From contig NZ_JAHDSX010000063.1 of assembly GCF_020969955.1 (NCBI RefSeq), positions 1-9,256 of the forward strand: DNA of 9,256 nt, written 5' to 3'. A model generated the notes under the pieces. It did no database searches. It saw only the letters and a list, made by a program, of their open reading frames with translations, and was not told where the DNA came from. The stretch comes from Allobaculum fili (GTDB lineage: Bacteria > Bacillota_I > Bacilli_A > Erysipelotrichales > Erysipelotrichaceae). Shown piece by piece: positions 1-5,679 of this stretch (positions are counted from its first letter, which is position 1; each line of letters starts with the position of its first letter). Made by a program: the position numbers and the translations under genes.

Positions 1-370
1 GACTCGCTTGCCGGTACAGGGATTTCACCTTCTCTGTCCGCGCTTTCCATCGCGTTCCCGTTCGCTCGTCTTTCATTTCCAGCGGTCCTACAACCCCATA
101 TCGCTATGGTTTGGGCTCTTTCCCTTTCGCTCGCCGCTACTCGGAAAATCACTTTTGTTTTCTTTTCCTCCGGCTACTTAGATGTTTCAGTTCACCGGGT
201 TTCTCTCCATTTGCATGGATGACTGGCTATAAAACCAGCCGGGTTCCCCCATTCGGATATCCGTGTGTCGTCGCTTCCCTGACAGCTCGGCACGGCTTTT
301 CGCAGCCTGGCGCGTCCTTCATCATTCAAGAGTGGCAAGGCATCCTCCGTACGCCCTTCCTTGCTTGATC
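1..370 (-). rRNA. rrl: 23S ribosomal RNA, 5' portion (partial; continues past the left edge of the window)
   Basis: The reverse complement reads GATCAAGCAAGGAAGGGCGTACGGAGGATGCCTTGCC ... GATGAAGGACGCG ... CCGAATGGGGGAACCC ... GGTGAACTGAAACATCTAAGTA (about 175-193) ... GAGTAGCGGCGAGCGAAA (about 126-141). These are the conserved domain I blocks of bacterial 23S rRNA, in the correct order and spacing. I placed the 5' end at ~370 by comparison with the remembered GGTTAAG...GGGCGCACGGTGGATGCCTTGG start of Bacillus/E. coli 23S. The 85-aa ORF at 111-368 (+) is an artefact inside this RNA gene. Confidence 0.93.
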
Positions 371-521
371 TAGTTCTCTAACTTTGGTTCTAGTTATGCT
401 TGTTTCGAGATTTTTCTATTTCGTAAGAACTGTTCCACTAACTGTTTCCAACTTTCGGTTAAATCTTTATTACTCTTCAACTTTTCGTTAGACCTTCTGT
501 TATGTCTTCTTACTGATGCTC

Positions 522-562
522 GTTTTTCAAAGATCCATTTTTCCCTGTCCTCGATGGACAGG
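522..562 (-). promoter_or_regulatory. rRNA leader: boxB-like hairpin followed by a boxA-like antitermination element
   Basis: On the minus strand, a 7-bp hairpin CCTGTCC-atcga-GGACAGG (544-562) sits 7 nt upstream of GGATCTTTGAAAAAC (522-536). The core TCTTTGAAAA matches the Gram-positive rrn boxA consensus as I remember it (TGTTCTTTGAAAACT), about 11 of 15 positions overall. The elements lie between the predicted promoters and the mature 23S 5' end, in the usual boxB-then-boxA order. Confidence 0.4.
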
Positions 563-569
563 ATTTGTC

Positions 570-652
570 TTGTGAATATTTATTGTTCCCTCACAAGGCT
601 CATTTAGTTTATCATGGCTTTTTGATCGCGTCAACTCTTTTTGTGAATATTT
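570..652. repeat. 12-nt direct repeat TTGTGAATATTT (570-581 and 641-652) flanking promoter P2
   Basis: The exact 12-mer occurs twice, 71 bp apart. One copy lies in the UP-element region upstream of the -35 hexamer. The other lies just downstream of the predicted TSS, inside a 7-bp stem (CTTGTGA 569-575 / TCACAAG 591-597). The upstream copy extends into the near-palindrome GAATATTTTTAATATTTTC. Confidence 0.5.
606..634 (-). promoter_or_regulatory. Candidate rRNA promoter P2 (sigma-70/sigma-A type) for the 23S gene
   Basis: The minus strand reads TTGACG (634-629), an exactly 17-nt spacer, then TAAACT (611-606), with a TG at the extended -10 position (TGATAAACT). A very AT-rich tract resembling an UP element lies immediately upstream (about 636-665, GTGAAAATATTAAAAATATTCACAAAAAGAG). 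The predicted TSS near 598-600 gives a ~230-nt leader to the 23S 5' end. Confidence 0.55.
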
Positions 653-738
653 TTAATATTTTCACTTTATGAATTTTATGCGATAGATAAAGTCCTTTTT
701 CGACTTTTCAAAAGTTCTCTTTCGAAAAGCGCTCCGTT

Positions 739-767
739 AGAATAGCATGCCCTCTCTCCGGACGCAA
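739..767 (-). promoter_or_regulatory. Candidate upstream rRNA promoter P1
   Basis: The minus strand reads TTGCGT (767-762), a 17-nt spacer, then TATTCT (744-739), preceded by TG (TGCTATTCT, extended -10). It lies ~130 bp upstream of P2, which recalls the tandem P1/P2 layout of many rrn operons. The hexamers are weaker than those of P2. Confidence 0.35.
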
Positions 768-825
768 GTTTTATTTGTGATTTTTTCGTTCAGCTTCACA
801 TAGGATTTTTGGGACAAAACGCAGG

Positions 826-864
826 AAAGGCGCCCGTCCTGATGTGCTCAGGATGGGCGCCTTT
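826..864 (-). terminator. Rho-independent terminator downstream of the GH89 gene
   Basis: A GC-rich hairpin pairs AAAGGCGCCCGTCCTGA (826-842) with TCAGGATGGGCGCCTTT (848-864), with a 5-nt loop and one G-U wobble. A/T runs flank both sides. It starts 34 nt past the TGA stop at 898-900. On the minus strand the stem is followed by TTTCCTGCGTTTTG. Confidence 0.75.
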
Positions 865-897
865 ATTCGAAAAGATATTGTTTTTCGATTGGAAAAA

Positions 898-3800
898 TCA
901 GTCCGGATTCAGACTTGCCAGCGCTTCTTTGTCGGGGAGAAGACGCAGATCGAGAAGGCTTGAATGGAGTGCTTTGGCCGCATCGTCGATTTGCTTCTGT
1001 GAAGACGCGTGACGAATAAGAGCCTTGCCCGCGTTCAGGATAGACGTGAATTCTTCCTGACCGGCTGAAGCATAGTCTGTAAGATCAAGTGCTTCGGCTT
1101 TATCGCAGAGAGTCTCCAGGAGTGAATAGTCAAAGACAAGGGACGGATCGTCTTTTCTCTGCAGTCCATCGAGAGCGGGCTGCAGGGCTCTGGCCATCGC
1201 ATCGACATCCTTCTGTCTGGAGCGTGGGAGATTTCTTACGATGGCATCCAGAGCGTTCTGAACGTCTTCAAAATTCGCGTAGTCATCCGGATCGAGAGCG
1301 TCCGCTTCCTGAACCAGAGCGTCGAGCGCGGTGTAGTCGGCAAAGATGGCTTCCAGCTGATCCAGAGCGTCTTCCAGTCGGGTGCAGGCTGCATCCACTT
1401 CTTCCTGGGACGCTTCGGGGTTGACGTAAACGACGTTGACATCGGTCAGAGCAGTGTTGAACGCAGCCCAGGCTTCGGCGTCGTAATCGGAGGCAATCAG
1501 CGACTGGGCCTGTTTCATCAGCGTATCGAGGCGGGAGAAATCTGTAGGAACAACGAGTTCGCCAATCGTGTACGTCAGCTTCGTTCCATTGGAAAGGGTG
1601 AGCAGAATCTGATCGTCCTTTTCCAGAAGATCCTCGTCGTCAAGGGTCTTCGAACCGCGGGTGATGGCAATTGTGGAACCCTCAGGCATGATCACGTTGG
1701 AAAGGAAGACTGCTTTCGTAGTCTGTACGGGAACTTTAGAAATCTTATGCGTTCCGGTATCGATCGTGTACATGTAGCTGACGAGAGAATCGACCGGCTT
1801 ATTGAGCGAGCAGCTGGTAACGAAACGATTGTAGAGAGCTTTGACATCGCCGCTCGGTTCATTGGAGTAGACGGTATCGCTGCGGCAGAAATTCCAGGCG
1901 AAGCGATAGGATTCCTTGCTGCTCATATTTTCTACACTGCACGTCTGGTCGCCATGAATATCCTTGCTCAGACGGTCAATCCACGTGGTCCACCGTGCAC
2001 CGTAATAGTCTTTGAGCAGACCGCCGTATTCGCGGTTGGCGTAATCGTAAACGCCCCAGGTGTAGTACGGTGCCCAGGTCGTGATCAGACCGCGCGCATT
2101 CATTTCATAAATACGCTTCGTGAAATCATCTTCGCTTTCGCCGGCTTTTCTGGACGGCTCGAGCCAGTTTCCAAGCATCGAGTTTTTGTTCGAGTTGAGC
2201 ACCTGTTCCTGCAAATCCAGAAGGTCGAGGAACTCAGCAGACGCCTGATCAAACTCGGATACGTTCCTGTTTCGGTAGGCCGATGTGAATTCCTGATAAA
2301 CCGGGTAGGCGCTGTTGGCGACGCACTGGCGAAGCAGCGTATTCACATCGAACTGATAGCCTTCGCTCGTTTTGAAGCGGTCATAGTCCTTCATCAGCAA
2401 CGTAAGGGCGTTTTCAAACTGCGCAATATTGTAGTGACGGTCAAACGAACCGTTTGGCGCTGCCTTGGACGCATCAAAGTGCGGCATGGCGCAGAAGATG
2501 GATTCTGGCGGTGTCTTGAAGTATTCAAGATCGGAGTAGGCGGTATTCAGAAGAATTTTCCATGCCGCTTTGGCGTCCGTCGTTACCGCACCGTAGCGGC
2601 GCTCGATGTAGCTGTCGAGCCACTTTTCCACATCGATGTCTTCGCTTTCCCACATCATTTCGCCCCAGAGATCGTATTTCGCCGGATCGTTGCCCGTACC
2701 TTCCGGAGCGATGCCCATGCCGACCATGTGGCTGGTGCCCTTGCGGACACGGCCTGGAATCTGGGCGATTTTTTTCAGGTTGCCGCAAAGGCCGACGCGG
2801 CCGCCATAGTTTTCCAGCATGCAATAGGTCCAGCTACTTCCGGTGAATTCGTTCGTATCGTCAAATTTGGCATTGCGGGTTCCATCCAGATCGAGCAGCA
2901 GGATATTGTTCTGTTTTTCTTCGCTGGAAATCCAGGAAAGCAGATCGGATTCAAAAGACCAGGACTGGATAACCCAGACACAGTTCGAATCGTATTTCTT
3001 CATTGCGTCGAGAACTTCCCATCCGACGGTGTCCCGGCCAATGTCGCCGGTGTTGCCGCCTTCATGGAAGGGGTCGGTCGCATAATAGTGGGCCCAGTCG
3101 CCGTACCCTTCTTTTTGCGCCTGATAAAATCTGGTTGCGTAGTCGTCATACGTGGCGGTATTGGTTTTGAGCATAGCCGGACGCTGGATGCCGTTCCACC
3201 ATCCCTGATCAATGATTTCTACCGAGGAATCCTTGGACGTGATGTTCGTAGGCACCATGCCGGAATATCCCTGCAAAACCGGCGTCATGCCTAAAGCGCG
3301 CATGGAACGCTGGTTATGCCGGGCAAGTTCTGTGCTTTTTTCAAACCAGTCGTGCGGAATCGGGCCGCTGATGTTTTCCACGTTGGCCATGTACATCCAG
3401 CCAAGATAGCCTGGTCCGACCAGCCAGTCGCGAACTTCCTGTTCGCTGTAGCCGAGTCCGCCTAAAAAGCGTCTCCAGACTTCTTCCTGACCGGTAATAT
3501 CCAGAACGGTGTTGTAGCCGTTGAGGGTCAGCCAGTCGAGTTCGTTCTGCCACTCGTCTTCGCCCCAGAAGGCCATGTTGTAGGAATGCGTGCAGTAGTT
3601 GTACGCGTAGCGGACTTCATAGGGACTTTCCTTGCGGATCGTACTGGGAACTTCCACAATTTCCGCCGGCATTTTCACCTGACGGGTCTGTCGGGCAATC
3701 TGCACGCTGCAGAAATACTTGAAGTAATAGTTCAGACCTGTCGTCAGAGACAGACCTTTATTGCCTCGAATACGCACTTTTCCGTTGTGCATGTCGATTT

Positions 3801-4059
3801 CATACCAGTCGAGTCCACTCGACTTTGCATCATCGAGTACAAACTCAAACCAGTCGTTATAGCTTTCGCCGACTGTTCGTCCAACAATATTGCGAACTTC
3901 ACGCAGCGTTTCTTCCTGCGTTAAGGGTGCGGCATAATCGGTATCCTTAAAATCCGGAATGGAAATGGTATCCGGCGACTGCAGTTCGCTATCCGTTTCT
4001 TCGCCATAGGCACGGACTTCGCTGATCGGCAGTGTATCCTGCGTGGAGCAGTATTCCAC
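898..4059 (-). CDS. alpha-N-acetylglucosaminidase, glycoside hydrolase family 89 (NAGLU-like), plus C-terminal FIVAR repeats; largest intact ORF of the disrupted locus
   Basis: The ORF carries NAGLU-family blocks: YNYCTHSYNMAFWGEDEWQNELDWLTLNGYNTVL, GPGYLGWMYMAN, GMTPVLQGYSGMVP, YYATDPFHEGG and GMGIAPEGTGNDP. The Glu codon in DPFHEGG is at 3061-3063 and corresponds to the acid/base Glu of human NAGLU and C. perfringens CpGH89. The Glu codon in APEG is at 2701-2703 and corresponds to the nucleophile. The C-terminal 215 aa (901-1545) form three FIVAR-like helical repeats. The M at 4059 in the ORF track is really a GTG with no SD, and the frame is open upstream to the TAA at 4084-4086, so it is not a credible native start. 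Confidence 0.9.
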   Translation of the reverse strand: MEYCSTQDTLPISEVRAYGEETDSELQSPDTISIPDFKDTDYAAPLTQEETLREVRNIVGRTVGESYNDWFEFVLDDAKSSGLDWYEIDMHNGKVRIRGNKGLSLTTGLNYYFKYFCSVQIARQTRQVKMPAEIVEVPSTIRKESPYEVRYAYNYCTHSYNMAFWGEDEWQNELDWLTLNGYNTVLDITGQEEVWRRFLGGLGYSEQEVRDWLVGPGYLGWMYMANVENISGPIPHDWFEKSTELARHNQRSMRALGMTPVLQGYSGMVPTNITSKDSSVEIIDQGWWNGIQRPAMLKTNTATYDDYATRFYQAQKEGYGDWAHYYATDPFHEGGNTGDIGRDTVGWEVLDAMKKYDSNCVWVIQSWSFESDLLSWISSEEKQNNILLLDLDGTRNAKFDDTNEFTGSSWTYCMLENYGGRVGLCGNLKKIAQIPGRVRKGTSHMVGMGIAPEGTGNDPAKYDLWGEMMWESEDIDVEKWLDSYIERRYGAVTTDAKAAWKILLNTAYSDLEYFKTPPESIFCAMPHFDASKAAPNGSFDRHYNIAQFENALTLLMKDYDRFKTSEGYQFDVNTLLRQCVANSAYPVYQEFTSAYRNRNVSEFDQASAEFLDLLDLQEQVLNSNKNSMLGNWLEPSRKAGESEDDFTKRIYEMNARGLITTWAPYYTWGVYDYANREYGGLLKDYYGARWTTWIDRLSKDIHGDQTCSVENMSSKESYRFAWNFCRSDTVYSNEPSGDVKALYNRFVTSCSLNKPVDSLVSYMYTIDTGTHKISKVPVQTTKAVFLSNVIMPEGSTIAITRGSKTLDDEDLLEKDDQILLTLSNGTKLTYTIGELVVPTDFSRLDTLMKQAQSLIASDYDAEAWAAFNTALTDVNVVYVNPEASQEEVDAACTRLEDALDQLEAIFADYTALDALVQEADALDPDDYANFEDVQNALDAIVRNLPRSRQKDVDAMARALQPALDGLQRKDDPSLVFDYSLLETLCDKAEALDLTDYASAGQEEFTSILNAGKALIRHASSQKQIDDAAKALHSSLLDLRLLPDKEALASLNPD

Positions 4060-4083
4060 AAGGACGCGGATGTCTCGCGCTTC

Positions 4084-5061
4084 TTAGGAATCGATCGCAA
4101 AGCGTTCGCCGGCAGTCGGACTCGGTTTGGTATCGTTTTTCTGACCGACCAGATCGTACGTCTCGCCATCAAGAGAGGCGTAAACCGAATACTGCGCGTA
4201 TTCTTCCGATCCCATCGTTACCGGCGGAATCACCTGAATCGCCGAAAGCTTAACGTTGCGTTCCAGATCAATCTGGGCGTATGCCGGGCAGAATTTTGGA
4301 GCCCAGGCGGTGTAATTGTCGCCGTCAGTCAGATTTTCCTTATTCATGCCGTCCTGCTGACTGGACACATAAACCGGGCGGTTTAAAGCCAGGTTGTTTT
4401 CGTCTTCATCGACCGGCGGCGTTACCGACGTACTCTGTTTTCCGACAATGTGAATTTCATTGATATGAACGGAAGGGTTCTTCGTATTTGTCAGCATGGA
4501 GATCATCACATAGCGAACGCCTTCCGCATCTTTGGTAAACATTTCGCCATCCCGGGTCTGGGGTGTCTGGTCTTTCTTTTCGCCATACAGAGTGTAGTCG
4601 CGGCCATCCAGACTCGTGTACACCTCATACGTGTAAGAGCGGTCATCCGCGAAATACGGAATAACCTGAATGGAACTCAGATCGAAGACACAGTTTAAAT
4701 CGACGCACAGACCCGATGCGCCTTCGGCGCCCCAATACGTATCCAGATCGCCGTCTCCGGCATTTTCGGCCGGATACCATTCTTCCGAACTGCTCGCACT
4801 GATCGAAGAATACGGAACCAGATCGTGCAGTTCATCCAGACAGATCGATCCAAAGACCTGCAGTTCCTTCAGATGGGCGTTATGGTTGTTGGGCTGAGTA
4901 TCGGCATGAGTAGCCGTATATTCAATGCGAATGTAACGGGCTTTGACATCCGTAAACGAATCGCTTTCTCCTTCCGGCGTGTTCCAGGTTCGATTGGCCG
5001 TTCCTGTATGATCCGCAAGAACTATAAAGGATCCTTCTTCACCGGTCGTACTGCCAAGAAT
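4084..5061 (-). CDS. CBM32 / F5-8 type C (discoidin) carbohydrate-binding modules: second half of module 1, all of module 2, most of module 3 (internal fragment with no start codon of its own)
   Basis: My hand translation of this frame is open from 5061 to 4087: ILGSTTGEEGSFIVLADHTGTANRTWNTPEGESDSFTDVKARYIRIEYTATHADTQPNNHNAHLKELQVFG ... SSSEEWYPAENAGDGDLDTYWGAEG...CVDLNCVFDLSSIQVIPYFADDRSYTYEVYTSLDGRDYTL...VRYVMISM...INEIHIVG ... NNLALNRPVYVSSQQ...LTDGDNYTAWAP...AQIDLERNVKLSAIQVIP...YSVYASLDGETYDLV...GERFAIDS*. These are typical discoidin/CBM32 signatures (NLALN+P, DGdxxTxW, hxhDL, YxhxxSxDG, hRYhRh). The ORF track shows only the 4084-4623 part because it needs a start codon. Confidence 0.8.
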   Translation of the reverse strand: MLGSTTGEEGSFIVLADHTGTANRTWNTPEGESDSFTDVKARYIRIEYTATHADTQPNNHNAHLKELQVFGSICLDELHDLVPYSSISASSSEEWYPAENAGDGDLDTYWGAEGASGLCVDLNCVFDLSSIQVIPYFADDRSYTYEVYTSLDGRDYTLYGEKKDQTPQTRDGEMFTKDAEGVRYVMISMLTNTKNPSVHINEIHIVGKQSTSVTPPVDEDENNLALNRPVYVSSQQDGMNKENLTDGDNYTAWAPKFCPAYAQIDLERNVKLSAIQVIPPVTMGSEEYAQYSVYASLDGETYDLVGQKNDTKPSPTAGERFAIDS

Positions 5062-5357
5062 TTATATTCGTAGTAGCGGTTCGCATGACCTTCATCCGGG
5101 TTAAACCAGGCCATGAGATTGATCCGATCGATCTTGCAGATCGATTCCAGGTCAACCTGAATCCAGGCAGGCCCAACCGTCGTCCACCAGGAATTGGAAT
5201 CGCCGTCGACGGCTTTCTGGGCTTCACTGCCGCTTTCACTGTCGGAAGCGGTGATCGGCCTGTTCAAAGCCAGATTCTGCGATTCAGTATCTTCCTCCGC
5301 GGCCAGCATCTGCATGGGGGGACTGCAGAGGGCTCTGGGGAAGAATTCCAAGAGCAA
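5022..5357 (-). CDS. First half of CBM32/discoidin module 1 (frameshifted fragment)
   Basis: It translates to ...AAEEDTESQNLALNRPITASDSESGSEAQKAVDGDSNSWWTTVGPAWIQVDLESICKIDRINLMAWFNPDEGHANRYYEYK, followed by out-of-frame residues and a TAG. The start of this module parallels module 3 (NNLALNRPVYVSS...). The leading MLLEFFPRAL residues are an out-of-frame reading of the signal-peptide region. Confidence 0.75.
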   Translation of the reverse strand: MLLEFFPRALCSPPMQMLAAEEDTESQNLALNRPITASDSESGSEAQKAVDGDSNSWWTTVGPAWIQVDLESICKIDRINLMAWFNPDEGHANRYYEYKFLAVRPVKKDPL

Positions 5358-5400
5358 GCACGGCGCAGGACAGCGCCGAAATGCTTTTTCTCAGTTTCAT
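5284..5400 (-). CDS. Signal-peptide exon-like fragment (native translation start of the GH89 locus)
   Basis: ATG at 5400 lies 5-6 nt after AAGGAAGGAGA. The peptide MKLRKSISALSCAVLALGILPQSPLQS has a basic n-region and a hydrophobic h-region, as expected for a Sec signal. The frame then degenerates (PHADAGRGGRY*) after the C6 run (G6 on the plus strand, 5316-5321). Confidence 0.7.
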   Translation of the reverse strand: MKLRKSISALSCAVLALGILPQSPLQSPHADAGRGGRY

Positions 5401-5422
5401 TGTTTCTCCTTCCTTTGCTCAA

Positions 5423-5436
5423 ATTAAGCGCTTACA
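5423..5436 (-). promoter_or_regulatory. cre-like (CcpA-type catabolite-responsive) palindrome in the GH89 5' UTR
   Basis: The minus strand reads TGTAAGCGCTTAAT. That is 12 of 14 matches to the idealised palindromic cre TGTAAGCGCTTACA, with a perfect 12-bp palindrome core TTAAGCGCTTAA. It lies between the candidate -10 hexamer (5443-5448) and the SD (5405-5409), a position suited to a repressive roadblock, and upstream of a glycoside hydrolase gene. Confidence 0.4.
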
Positions 5437-5442
5437 CTAAAG

Positions 5443-5471
5443 AGTATACGAGTAAACTTTTACTGAAATAC
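5443..5471 (-). promoter_or_regulatory. Candidate promoter of the GH89 locus (good -10, poor -35)
   Basis: The minus strand has TATACT at 5448-5443. At 17-18 nt spacing the best -35 candidates are only GTATTT or TGTATT. This assignment is weak. Confidence 0.25.
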
Positions 5472-5631
5472 ATGCTTCTTTTAGTCATTTGAAGGATTTT
5501 CTCCAATAGTGCGAAAACAGACGTGAAAATCCATCCGTCGCAAAGGAATAAGCCAAAGCTCTCATCCCCGGCAAAGCACAACCCGCTACGGCATAGAATG
5601 CCGGCTCTGGAATAGGGATGAACTTCCATGC

Positions 5632-5673
5632 CAAAAGCGCCGGCCAGCTCAAACTCGAGCAGCCGACGCTTTC
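5632..5673 (-). terminator. Rho-independent terminator downstream of the PLD-helicase gene
   Basis: On the minus strand, AGCGUCGGC (5670-5662) pairs with GCCGGCGCU (5644-5636) over 9 bp with one U-G wobble. An inner GCUC/GAGC stem lies within the loop. TTTTGG follows (5636-5631). The structure begins ~10 nt after the TAA stop at 5680-5682. Confidence 0.7.
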
Positions 5674-5679
5674 TATTCT

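Larger units (their letters stand above)
898..5400 (-). pseudogene. Disrupted gene for a secreted multimodular GH89 alpha-N-acetylglucosaminidase (signal peptide, 3x CBM32/discoidin, GH89, beta-sandwich, 3x FIVAR); about 1500 codons if repaired
   Basis: SD GGAGA (5405-5409) and ATG at 5400 open the signal peptide MKLRKSISALSCAVLALGIL. That frame stops at 5284-5286. Coding sense continues in a second frame to the TAG at 5022-5024, then in a third frame from 5061 to the TAA at 4084-4086. The same frame then continues for 1061 more codons to the TGA at 898-900. The three discoidin modules align with one another across each break, so the four ORFs are pieces of one gene. Confidence 0.8.

Noticed and set aside
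111-368. An 85-aa plus-strand ORF.
   Set aside because: It falls wholly inside the 23S rRNA gene, antisense to it. It is an artefact.
1747-3294. A 515-aa ORF on the plus strand, the longest plus-strand ORF in the window.
   Set aside because: It lies entirely antisense to the strongly supported GH89 catalytic region. Its sequence is low-complexity and rich in R, A, G and V, with no recognisable motif, no SD and no plausible start context. This is the typical shadow ORF found opposite a real gene. The same reasoning applies to all other plus-strand ORFs in the track (for example 809-1012, 1089-1424, 3586-3924, 4450-4698, 5085-5492, 6184-7670 and 8710-9018).
5022-5321. Programmed ribosomal frameshifting as an explanation for the two frame changes in the GH89 locus.
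   Set aside because: Neither site has a canonical slippery heptamer with a downstream stimulatory structure, nor a prfB-type stop with an internal SD arrangement. The two shifts go in opposite directions (+1, then -1). An in-frame TAA follows further downstream. Mutational decay or sequencing error is far more parsimonious.
5432-5629. A 65-aa minus-strand ORF in the helicase/GH89 intergenic region. The same region contains nested hairpins, for example TCATCCC (5617-5611) pairing with GGGATGA (5568-5562), and CGGCAT-TCT-ATGCCG (5601-5587). On the plus strand there are GCAAAG/GGCAAAGC strings faintly reminiscent of a c-di-GMP-I riboswitch.
   Set aside because: The ORF's ATG sits within the terminator of the upstream gene, it has no SD, and the peptide has no recognisable features. 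The riboswitch-like strings lie on the strand with no downstream gene, and they do not reproduce the conserved GEMM core. The hairpins are short. I cannot support a specific RNA element here. A covariance-model scan (Rfam/Infernal) of 5440-5630 on both strands would settle the question.
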